From the NCBI GenBank assembly GCA_037141915.1, contig JBAXBP010000002.1, forward strand, positions 1 through 58,086: a stretch of 58,086 bases of DNA. The letters are read 5' to 3'. Source of the stretch: Bacteroidota bacterium. GTDB taxonomy: Bacteria; Bacteroidota; Bacteroidia; Bacteroidales; FEN-979. Under the pieces are notes generated by a model that was not told the origin of the DNA, did no database searches, and worked only from the letters and a program-made list of their open reading frames with translations. Positions 24,775 to 32,510 of this stretch are shown piece after piece. The translations under genes were made by a program, and so were the position numbers. Position 1 is the stretch's first letter. Each line of letters starts with the position of its first letter.

Positions 24775-26382
24775 CTATTTCCCTTTATTCCTGATTACTT
24801 CAACCGCCTTATTGAACGCGGGGTCTATTGTATTCAACACAGGATAAAATCCTTCGTTGTCGAGAATATTCCTTCCGATATAAGCTTTGGTCAGCACCTT
24901 TGCCCTGTGGTCGCTCTCAGGGAGGTTGCGCCCTTCATGCTTCAGTCCTTTTTTCAGGGCATAGGCAAGAAAATCGGCATACATCGCATCGGTAACCTGG
25001 AACTTTGCTTCAAAGTCATCCACATTTTTAAACCGGTTCAGCTGGGACCTGTATTTATCGGTGTAATCAAAAGCCCACTGAAAAATAAGCCCTTTGTTTA
25101 CAGCCAGGTTATAAAATTTCAGTGTGGAATCTTTTTCTATAGGGATAAAAATATCGGGCATGATCCCGCCCCCGCCGTAAACAACTTTGCCCGCAAGGGT
25201 CTTGAACTTCAGTGAATCCGGGAATTTAATGCTATCGGGATGCTCCAGTTCCCCGTTCAGGTAACGGTGGTAATAATCGTTGTTATATTTATCTAGGCCT
25301 TCCTTATAGGGCTTCTGTATGCAACGCCCGCTGGGGGTGTAATAGCGGGCAACAGTAAGCCTCACCGCGCTGCCGTCTTTCATATTAAGCTGTTCCTGCA
25401 CAAGGCCCTTACCGAATGAACGTCTTCCCAGGACAATTCCCCTGTCATTATCCTGAATAGCCCCGGTTACGATCTCTGAAGCGGAAGCCGAGAATTCATC
25501 GATCATTACCAGCAGTGTACCCTGCTGAAAAATGCCCTGTCCGTCGGAAAAGTATTCTTCTCTCGAATGGTTGGCCCCCTTGGTGTACACAATAAGCCGG
25601 CCTTTAGGCAGGAACTCATCCGCCAGGTCAACAGCAGCAGTAAGATAACCTCCCCCGTTACTTCGAAGATCAAGGATAAGTTTCGTCATTCCATCCTTTT
25701 TAAGCTGTTCAAGGGCCGCATGTACCTCATCATGGGTGGTAGCCGAAAAATTATTAAGCTTGATATAGCCAACGCCATGTTCAGGCAGGTAGGCAATGTC
25801 CATGCTGTAGGTTGGGATCACATCCCTGGTGATAGTATAATCAATAAGACCTTTCACTCCCCGCCTGAAGATGCTCACATTGACCCGGGTTCCCTTGGGA
25901 CCCTTCAGTTTCCGCATTACATCGTTGGTGGCAATCTTGATGCCTGCAACATTCTTTCCTTCGATCTTAACAATACGGTCTCCGGCTTTGATGCCCAGCT
26001 TTTCCGATGGGCCGTTTGCGATCGGGAGGATCACCGTTACCGTATCATTCTCAATCCTGAACTGCACGCCTATGCCTTCAAAACTGCCAAGGAGGGGATC
26101 CGTCGCATCATGAAACTCGGCAGGAGTGATATAGGTTGAATGCGGATCGAGGCTTTCAAGCAAACTGCTGATGGTTTTCTCCTCCAGCCTTGCTTTGCCG
26201 ATGGTATCCACATAATTCTTCTGAACATATTGCAAAACCTGCTCAAGCTTGCCCGAACCCTGTAATTTAAAAACACTGAGTCCCGATGAGTGAGTGTACA
26301 GCCAAATACCCAGGAACATCCCTGCTATCATAACCAGGGCGAACCATATGGGCATGTATGGATTGATCTTCTTCTTTTCCAT
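24775..26382 (-). CDS. Carboxy-terminal processing (S41) peptidase with PDZ domain
   Basis: PDZ segment GIKAGDRIVKIEG and S41 motifs DLRSNGGG and FSASASEI. Start moved to MEKKKINPY because the -7 box overlaps the longer track start. Confidence 0.88.
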   Translation of the reverse strand: MEKKKINPYMPIWFALVMIAGMFLGIWLYTHSSGLSVFKLQGSGKLEQVLQYVQKNYVDTIGKARLEEKTISSLLESLDPHSTYITPAEFHDATDPLLGSFEGIGVQFRIENDTVTVILPIANGPSEKLGIKAGDRIVKIEGKNVAGIKIATNDVMRKLKGPKGTRVNVSIFRRGVKGLIDYTITRDVIPTYSMDIAYLPEHGVGYIKLNNFSATTHDEVHAALEQLKKDGMTKLILDLRSNGGGYLTAAVDLADEFLPKGRLIVYTKGANHSREEYFSDGQGIFQQGTLLVMIDEFSASASEIVTGAIQDNDRGIVLGRRSFGKGLVQEQLNMKDGSAVRLTVARYYTPSGRCIQKPYKEGLDKYNNDYYHRYLNGELEHPDSIKFPDSLKFKTLAGKVVYGGGGIMPDIFIPIEKDSTLKFYNLAVNKGLIFQWAFDYTDKYRSQLNRFKNVDDFEAKFQVTDAMYADFLAYALKKGLKHEGRNLPESDHRAKVLTKAYIGRNILDNEGFYPVLNTIDPAFNKAVEVIRNKGK

Positions 26383-26400
26383 TCTAAAAAATATTACCGC

Positions 26401-26408
26401 CAAAGATA
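26401..26408 (-). promoter_or_regulatory. -7 box TATCTTTG for the S41 peptidase
   Basis: Plus strand reads CAAAGATA, 19 nt upstream of ATG 26382. Confidence 0.55.
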
Positions 26409-26417
26409 CCGAATTCT

Positions 26418-26425
26418 TAATTTTG
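26418..26425 (+). promoter_or_regulatory. -7 box TAATTTTG for the alpha/beta hydrolase
   Basis: Exact match, 20 nt upstream of ATG 26445. It is back to back with the box at 26401-26408. Confidence 0.55.
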
Positions 26426-26444
26426 CAGCATCAACGACAACGTC

Positions 26445-27416
26445 ATGAGTAATAGAATACGGATATTCCTGTTGATTATTGCAATGTTTGGTATAACAGC
26501 CGGGCCGGCTATATCCTCTCCAATCCCCAGGACCTTTAGAAATCCTTTCAGGAACAGCCATATTCTTGAGGTTGATTCTGTTCTGATCCATTACAGACTG
26601 TGGACTTCAAACACCAGGCCGGCAAAGGGGAGATTGCTGTTTATCCATGGCTTCACAGGTTCCACCTACTCTTTCAGGAAGAATTATGACAGCCTGGTGA
26701 CTGCGGGCTATGATATCCTGGCTCTTGACCTTCCTGCTTTTGGTTACAGTGACAGGGGAACCTGGATCAATCAATCACAGAGCCACCGGGCAATCCTGAT
26801 CTGGAAACTGATCGATTTCATTAACAAAAGCGACACCACCAAGTGGAACATCATAGGGCATTCCATGGGAGGAGCGGTTGCCGAGGCCGTAGCCCTGATG
26901 AAACCCGGCCGTACGAAAAGCCTTACCCTGGTTGATGCCATATTCTTTAAACAGAACAGCGGGCTAATGAGTGTTGCTTTCTCCCCTGCTAAGTACAAGA
27001 AATTAAAAAAGTTTTATGTGGATTACGTGGGCCAATATCTTCTGACCTACGACCGTATGGCGAAATGGCTTGAAAACGGGTATAAAACAAAGCCTGATTC
27101 GTCGGATGTCACCGGATATATGATGCCTCTGAGGATTCCGGGGACCGCAGAAGCCTTTGTGAGTACGTTCTCAAACTGCAGTGAAGTGGTACCACTGAAT
27201 TCCGAAACCCTGAAAAACATACCTGTATTGGTGATCTGGGGAAGCAAGGATGGATGGCTGCCTCCCCGTTCCGCAACAGTGATACGGACCCTTGTTCCGC
27301 AGGCCGAGATCCATACGATCATGGGAGCCGGGCATATGCCCATGGAAACGCATCCTGTTGAGTTTAACGGGATACTGCTGGAGTTCCTTAACAGAAGTAG
27401 CGAAGTAGCGAAGTAG
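26445..27416 (+). CDS. Alpha/beta hydrolase
   Basis: LLFIHGF, the nucleophile elbow GHSMGG, and a C-terminal GAGHMP histidine motif. An N-terminal signal-like segment is present. Confidence 0.8.
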   Translation: MSNRIRIFLLIIAMFGITAGPAISSPIPRTFRNPFRNSHILEVDSVLIHYRLWTSNTRPAKGRLLFIHGFTGSTYSFRKNYDSLVTAGYDILALDLPAFGYSDRGTWINQSQSHRAILIWKLIDFINKSDTTKWNIIGHSMGGAVAEAVALMKPGRTKSLTLVDAIFFKQNSGLMSVAFSPAKYKKLKKFYVDYVGQYLLTYDRMAKWLENGYKTKPDSSDVTGYMMPLRIPGTAEAFVSTFSNCSEVVPLNSETLKNIPVLVIWGSKDGWLPPRSATVIRTLVPQAEIHTIMGAGHMPMETHPVEFNGILLEFLNRSSEVAK

Positions 27417-27419
27417 CGA
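27396..27419. repeat. Perfect octamer tandem array (AGTAGCGA)x3 spanning the hydrolase stop codon
   Basis: Three identical units. They encode the final residues ..SEVAK and the TAG at 27414-27416. Confidence 0.9.
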
Positions 27420-27422
27420 AAA

Positions 27423-28517
27423 TCAGTCTTCCCTCACCACCGGGCAATCGAAGGGAATTCCTACCTTTTCACCATCTTTCCTGAGGTCGTCAACAATAGG
27501 TTTAATCAGGGGAACTCCGTGTTTCTCATTGTATTTTGCATATTCGAATTCCTTTTCACCTGCTATCAGGATCTCATCCCGGCCTGTTGCGATGGGAGAA
27601 TTCTTGAGCAGGTCGATCATGCTGTCCATGGACTCCTTAAAATCAACCAGGGGGCGGAAAGCTTCGATATTTATTGCCATGAAGAAATGGGAAACGCCGG
27701 TGGGGTCAGGGCGACCTGGTCCACCTACGTTAGTAAGAAAATTACCTCCCGACAGCATGGAGCATAGCACCTCAACCAGCAAAGCAAGCCCGAAGCCTTT
27801 GTAACCCGCAGTAACTTCCATACCTCCCAAGGGCAGAAGCGCACCGTGGCCGCCAGGTTTGATTTTCGAAGGTTCATTCGTAACCTGCCCATCCTCGTCA
27901 ATACCCCAGCCTATCGGGATATGCTCATGCTTTTTATCATAGATCTGTATCTTGCCATACGATACTGCGGAAGTTGCCATATCGAGAAGATAAGGATGCC
28001 GTTTCCCTGAAGGCGCTGCCAGTGCGATTGGATTGGTTCCCAGCACGGCCGTTTTTCCAAAAGTTGGAGCGACCAGTGGTTGTGAGTTTGTAAGGCTTAA
28101 ACCTATCATGCCTTCCTTCAGGGCCATCAATGCATAGAATCCTGCAATCCCGTAGTGATTACTGTTTTTCACCGTAACGGCACTGATTCCTGCCGTTTTC
28201 GCTTTGTTAATAGCCATGCGCATTCCTTTATACGACACGACCTGCCCGAGTCCGTTCCCTCCGTCGATCAGCGCGGTGGAAGGGCTTTCGGTGATGATTT
28301 TAAACGGAGTTTTTGGATCCAGCCATCCTTTGCTGATCCTGCTTCCGTAATACGAGCCGAGTCGCTGCATGCCATGTGATTCAACACCCCTGATATCGGC
28401 GCAGATCAGTACCCTGCCAACGGTCTTTGCATCTTCCTGTGAAACCCCGAGTTTCGTCATGTAGCGGATCACGAAATCCATCAGGTCGCTCCTCTGAAAT
28501 CTGAGAATTGGTTCCAT
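27423..28517 (-). CDS. Ldh_2 family (malate/L-lactate/sulfolactate-type) NAD(P)H oxidoreductase
   Basis: GVESHGMQRL, NSNHYGIAGFY and LGTNPIALAAP motifs. Confidence 0.8.
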   Translation of the reverse strand: MEPILRFQRSDLMDFVIRYMTKLGVSQEDAKTVGRVLICADIRGVESHGMQRLGSYYGSRISKGWLDPKTPFKIITESPSTALIDGGNGLGQVVSYKGMRMAINKAKTAGISAVTVKNSNHYGIAGFYALMALKEGMIGLSLTNSQPLVAPTFGKTAVLGTNPIALAAPSGKRHPYLLDMATSAVSYGKIQIYDKKHEHIPIGWGIDEDGQVTNEPSKIKPGGHGALLPLGGMEVTAGYKGFGLALLVEVLCSMLSGGNFLTNVGGPGRPDPTGVSHFFMAINIEAFRPLVDFKESMDSMIDLLKNSPIATGRDEILIAGEKEFEYAKYNEKHGVPLIKPIVDDLRKDGEKVGIPFDCPVVRED

Positions 28518-28543
28518 AATTAAAAATTTAGGATGTACAATGG

Positions 28544-29746
28544 TTATTTGATAATATAGTTTTCAACGACCCATTTTGCAAACGGGAAACTGCTGGTAAA
28601 AGCAGGGGAGACCGCATTCAGCACATGAATGGTCTGCCCGTCGCCTTCCACCACGAAATCCATCACCAGTTCCATCGTTTTAATATTCATAAGCTGCGCA
28701 CGGATTCCAGGTTTGCTCCACTCGGTAAATCCCGATTTATCGATATGGTGGACCAGCTTGGTTGCCATGTTCACGAAATGTGATTTGTTGTACTTTGCCA
28801 TCTCCTCAAAGGCAAGACTCCTGAAGCCAAAAGCATTGCTGAGGAAGAGCTTTGCTTCCCAGCTGAGGATATTGAAAAGCTCTCCTCCCCTGAAATTCTC
28901 AAGTCCCTTGTAATTCTCCCTCCAGAAAGCGGGTATGGAAGTCGGCCCTATCTTTATAATTCCATCTACCGTTACGGTATAATGAACCCCCAGGAAAGGA
29001 TTTTTAAGATTTGGGACCGGGTAAATATTCGTTCTTATCGGCTTGTCTTTCTTAGTATACTTGAGGTAAATTCCCTTGAACGGGATGATGGTGTATTGCT
29101 CTGAAAAGCCGAAATCCCTGGCAATCTTGTCGGCATATAGCCCGGCTGCATTGATGATCTTATTTGCAGTGATCTGCAAACCTCCTGTTGTTTCAACCGT
29201 GTTGCTGTCTTGTTTACGTTTGTACCCCTGGGAAAAATGAAATTTTATACCTGCAGCCTGTAACTCCTTTCTCAGGAAAATGTTCACTTCCACAGGGTCA
29301 ACGGTTGCGGTATCAGGAGAAAAAAGCGCCACCTGGGTGGTTTTTGCATTGGGATCTATCTCTTTCATCTCCTGCCCGGTGATCACGCTCACATTTACCC
29401 CGTTCTTTTTGCCTCTCTTTTCGAGTTCATAAATACCGTCTATCTCCGACTCATTCGTGGCAACGACGACTTTTTGGCATTCGTTGATCCGAAGACCATT
29501 CTTTTTTACATATTCCTTCAACTGCTGATTGCCATCGCGCGTAAATTTCGCTTTCAGTGAATCCGCCGAATAGTAAAACCCTGCATGAAGAACACCGCTG
29601 TTCCTTCCGCTGCTGTGATACGCCACATCAGCTTCCTTTTCAATCATTATTATGTGCGTATCCGGGAAACGTAATTTCAGTTCCCTTGCAATGGCAAGCC
29701 CGATAATCCCTGCCCCTATAATAAGGTAATCCGCTTTTTCAGCCAT
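28544..29746 (-). CDS. L-2-hydroxyglutarate oxidase-like FAD-dependent oxidoreductase
   Basis: DYLIIGAGIIGLAIAREL, then EKE...HSSGRNSGVLHAGFYYSADSLKAKF as in LhgO. Confidence 0.75.
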   Translation of the reverse strand: MAEKADYLIIGAGIIGLAIARELKLRFPDTHIIMIEKEADVAYHSSGRNSGVLHAGFYYSADSLKAKFTRDGNQQLKEYVKKNGLRINECQKVVVATNESEIDGIYELEKRGKKNGVNVSVITGQEMKEIDPNAKTTQVALFSPDTATVDPVEVNIFLRKELQAAGIKFHFSQGYKRKQDSNTVETTGGLQITANKIINAAGLYADKIARDFGFSEQYTIIPFKGIYLKYTKKDKPIRTNIYPVPNLKNPFLGVHYTVTVDGIIKIGPTSIPAFWRENYKGLENFRGGELFNILSWEAKLFLSNAFGFRSLAFEEMAKYNKSHFVNMATKLVHHIDKSGFTEWSKPGIRAQLMNIKTMELVMDFVVEGDGQTIHVLNAVSPAFTSSFPFAKWVVENYIIK

Positions 29747-29748
29747 TC

Positions 29749-30123
29749 TTATTTTCGTGTTACTTTGTCAACAAAATATTCAGTATCCCCTCTCCACATC
29801 AGCTTCCCGTTTTTTTGTTTATAATGTACCGTGACGGCATTGCCGGTAAGTTTTGTAAGTGAGTCGGCAACCTCTTTGTCAGTGACGGAGAAGAGGAATT
29901 TCTCAGAAGCCAGGGGCACATTCTGGCTGCTGGTCACACTGCTCAGAATTATTTCCCCTTCCCAGGTTTTGAATATTTGCCCGCGGTAGGAGAATTTCTG
30001 TAAAATTCCTGTTCTTTCTCCTTCGCTGTAGGTGAAGTAATACTTCCCGTAAATAAACGCCGCAAACACCAGAAGGAGGATGATGATTGCCCAGGTATAG
30101 AACTTTTTGATCTTGGTTTTCAT
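29749..30123 (-). CDS. Small membrane-anchored hypothetical protein
   Basis: One N-terminal TM (WAIIILLLVFAAFIY). Its stop lies 2 nt before the LhgO-like start. Confidence 0.55.
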   Translation of the reverse strand: MKTKIKKFYTWAIIILLLVFAAFIYGKYYFTYSEGERTGILQKFSYRGQIFKTWEGEIILSSVTSSQNVPLASEKFLFSVTDKEVADSLTKLTGNAVTVHYKQKNGKLMWRGDTEYFVDKVTRK

Positions 30124-30142
30124 AACACATGGATTGGTAATA

Positions 30143-30150
30143 CAAACATA
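30143..30150 (-). promoter_or_regulatory. -7 box TATGTTTG for the membrane protein-LhgO-Ldh2 operon
   Basis: Plus strand reads CAAACATA, 20 nt upstream of ATG 30123. Confidence 0.55.
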
Positions 30151-30204
30151 AAAATTTGTTTTGATTTTTTATCTTCGCCGGGAAAATAAAACATACTCCT
30201 TATT

Positions 30205-31224
30205 ATGATTAATCTCCTGCTGACCGGAGGGTCCGGTTTCCTTGGGAAGTTCCTGGTCGCGGAACTGCTCTCTCCCGACTCCCCTCTTCAACTGAAAACA
30301 TTACGCATCTTTGATACCGCGCCTTATACAGGCAGCGCCGATCCACGGATTGAATATATCCCGGGGAATGTCCTCGACATAGAGGCATTGAAAAAAGCCT
30401 GCATGGGAATTGACGTTGTAATTCACTCTGCAGCAATCGTCGACTGGGGGACCCATCCTCCTGAAGAAGTTTATAACGTTAATACCAATGGAACAGCTAA
30501 TGTTATTAAAGCCTGTACGGCGGATGGCGTGAAGGCGCTTGTTTTCACGAGCTCTCTCGACGCAGTGTTCGGCGGCAAGTCCCTGGCCAACATTGATGAA
30601 AGCCTCCCTTATCCTGCAGAGTATCCCAATATGTATTGCCGCAGCAAAGCCGAAGCTGAGAAACTGGTGGCTGCCGCCAACAGCTTTGCTTTAAAGACAG
30701 TCACCCTCAGACCTGCAGACATATGGGGTGAGGGAGACCCTTTTCATATCGGGTCCCTGATTAAAATGGCGAAAGGGGGCTTTTATGTGAGACTTGGCAA
30801 CGGCAAATCAAAGTCCCAGCATATCTATGCAGGGAATATGGCTGTTGCACATATCCAGGCTGCCAAAGCCCTGCTTGGCGGGAATGAGAGTGTTCCCGGA
30901 CAGGTATATTTCATAACCGATTCGGAAGGTACCAACTTCTTTCATTTCTATGATGCAATTGTAGCTCCAGCCGGGTACAGGATATGGCCAAGGAATTTCT
31001 GGATCCCCCGTCCTGTAGCAATCACTATGGGAGCGCTTTCGGAGTTCTCGGCACTGCTCATCCGCCCAGTAAAAAAAGTAAACGTGACATTCAGCAGGTT
31101 CGCGGTAATCTATACCTGCAATGATTTTACTTTCTCAGCTGAAAAAGCAAAGAGGGATTTCTCATTTAAACCGAAATACAGCAGGGAGGAAGCCTTCAGG
31201 AAGACAGTGGAATACTATAAATAA
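30205..31224 (+). CDS. 3-beta-hydroxysteroid dehydrogenase/NAD-dependent epimerase family protein
   Basis: Rossmann LLTGGSGFLGKFL, catalytic YCRSK, and extended-SDR length. Confidence 0.75.
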   Translation: MINLLLTGGSGFLGKFLVAELLSPDSPLQLKTLRIFDTAPYTGSADPRIEYIPGNVLDIEALKKACMGIDVVIHSAAIVDWGTHPPEEVYNVNTNGTANVIKACTADGVKALVFTSSLDAVFGGKSLANIDESLPYPAEYPNMYCRSKAEAEKLVAAANSFALKTVTLRPADIWGEGDPFHIGSLIKMAKGGFYVRLGNGKSKSQHIYAGNMAVAHIQAAKALLGGNESVPGQVYFITDSEGTNFFHFYDAIVAPAGYRIWPRNFWIPRPVAITMGALSEFSALLIRPVKKVNVTFSRFAVIYTCNDFTFSAEKAKRDFSFKPKYSREEAFRKTVEYYK

Positions 31225-31252
31225 TGTACAATGTACAATTTACCATGTACAA
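31225..31252. repeat. Heptamer tandem array (TGTACAA)x4, third unit degenerate
   Basis: TGTACAA TGTACAA TTTACCA TGTACAA, starting at the nucleotide after the TAA stop at 31222-31224. Confidence 0.85.
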
Positions 31253-31312
31253 ATGAAGTCGTCGACTTTTTGGGTTTAAGTAAGCAATTAAGGCAGGCTA
31301 TTCCCAAATAAT

Positions 31313-31340
31313 TGGTACATGGTACATGGTACATTGAACA
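31313..31340. repeat. Heptamer tandem array (TGGTACA)x3 + TTGAACA
   Basis: It ends 2 nt before the DsrE-like stop (31343) and is roughly complementary to the array at 31225-31252 (about 13/15 over the best segment). Confidence 0.85.
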
Positions 31341-31342
31341 TT

Positions 31343-31678
31343 CTAAAAAGTAATGACCCTGTCGTCGGTGTGGAGATACTGGGTAAGCACATCACCCATA
31401 TATTTTACTTCGATACCCAGCGACCTGATCACGGAGGTCACCCCGTAGGCTTCGGTACAACCCCTGCAGGCTTCGACAAGGATCCCGCATTGCCTCACAA
31501 AATCAAGTTCGGCCTGAACCTCTTTGTCATGAGCCAGCAGTTTAGCGGAAGGTCCCCATATGACAACATTTATCTCATCCCACCAACCCATGCTTTTGGC
31601 ATCCATAAGATAAACGAAGATCATTCTCATGGCCACATCTTTCTCTCCGGTCGACCAGACGACATGCAATTTTTTCAT
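31343..31678 (-). CDS. DsrE/DsrF-like family protein
   Basis: 111 aa, MKKLHVVWSTGEKDVAMRMIF...VVIWGPSAKLL...EACRGC, the typical small DsrE fold pattern. Confidence 0.6.
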   Translation of the reverse strand: MKKLHVVWSTGEKDVAMRMIFVYLMDAKSMGWWDEINVVIWGPSAKLLAHDKEVQAELDFVRQCGILVEACRGCTEAYGVTSVIRSLGIEVKYMGDVLTQYLHTDDRVITF

Positions 31679-31703
31679 AGTACCGGCTTGGGTATCAACA
31701 GGG

Positions 31704-31711
31704 CAAATATA
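31704..31711 (-). promoter_or_regulatory. -7 box TATATTTG for the DsrE-like gene
   Basis: Plus strand reads CAAATATA, 26 nt upstream of ATG 31678. Confidence 0.5.
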
Positions 31712-31764
31712 TTAAAAAACGTGATGACCCTTGCGATCGTGTTGATCGTGATAAAATAATTCTT

Positions 31765-32265
31765 CTATTTCAACTGTGGCAGCTTAAGGCCGGCATGCAG
31801 TTCACGATCGGTATATTCTTTCTGTTTTGCCAGGTCTGCAGCTTCAAACTGCTCCTCCGGGCTCAGTGCTTTCATGGTCATGAATTTTTTCATCCTGGCA
31901 TTCAGCAGTGAATCTTTTTTAACTGTCGCCTGGTATTCAAGGTTTACAACCCAGTAATAATTCTCCCAGCATTTCCTCAGTTTCTCAGATGGGGTTACCA
32001 GTGAAAAGTACTGGGCGAGCAACCTTCTCGGTCCGACTTCATTATTCAGAACGATCAGGTTCGTGACATAATGGTCGTACTGTTTCACTTCATTCAGGCC
32101 TGCCGCCCGGTCCCTGAAACCGTAGTCGATCACCATAGTTACAATGACAAGGGCAACCGACCCGATCAGCCATTTCACCACATCAAAGATCAGTTTCATT
32201 TTCTGAAGCTCGGTCATTTGTTTCTCTGATTTCAGATTTGTCTCTTTTGTTGATTTTTCTTCCAT
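31765..32265 (-). CDS. Hypothetical single-pass membrane protein
   Basis: Charged N-terminus, then TM VKWLIGSVALVIVTMVI. No family was recognised. Confidence 0.5.
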   Translation of the reverse strand: MEEKSTKETNLKSEKQMTELQKMKLIFDVVKWLIGSVALVIVTMVIDYGFRDRAAGLNEVKQYDHYVTNLIVLNNEVGPRRLLAQYFSLVTPSEKLRKCWENYYWVVNLEYQATVKKDSLLNARMKKFMTMKALSPEEQFEAADLAKQKEYTDRELHAGLKLPQLK

Positions 32266-32286
32266 AGCGTTGGATGTTTAGGAGGT

Positions 32287-32470
32287 TGGTTTGTGGATTT
32301 CAATGCATTCCGATGAATCAGGAACTTCTGCGGGGTCCCCTCCCGGCGAAGCTTAGGTAAAAGCCAGGCAGAGAAGTGAGTTTACGAACGGCTTGCCTGG
32401 CTTAGTAAGCGAGCCGATGGTGGGTCGCAGAAGTTCCGTAACAGAGGAATGCACGAAATCCCAAAAACCA
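32287..32470 (-). ncRNA. Candidate rod-like structured RNA (stand-alone sRNA or long 5' leader)
   Basis: Five nested helices, including perfect 12-bp (32321-32332/32426-32437), 10-bp (32361-32370/32394-32403) and 8-bp (32304-32311/32446-32453) stems. A 14-bp closing stem (32287-32301/32455-32470) begins a few nt downstream of an exact -7 box. Confidence 0.45.
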
Positions 32471-32476
32471 GCATCA

Positions 32477-32484
32477 CAAATATA
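32477..32484 (-). promoter_or_regulatory. -7 box TATATTTG immediately upstream of the structured RNA candidate
   Basis: Plus strand reads CAAATATA. The predicted TSS (about 32470-32472) coincides with the first nucleotide of the closing helix. Confidence 0.5.
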
Positions 32485-32510
32485 ATAAGGAATGGAAGAA
32501 AAATCAAGTC

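Noticed and set aside
31319-31759. 146-aa plus-strand ORF overlapping the DsrE-like gene.
   Set aside because: The minus-strand 111-aa ORF has a -7 box at the expected distance and a DsrE-like pattern. The plus-strand ORF begins inside the heptamer array and has no motifs.
32287-32470. The structured region, considered as SRP RNA, RNase P RNA, tmRNA or a tRNA.
   Set aside because: I could not find the SRP domain IV GGAA/AGCA motif context, the RNase P GAGGAAAGUCC core, a tmRNA tag ORF with tRNA-like end, or a T-loop GGTTCGA. It is kept only as an unclassified candidate.
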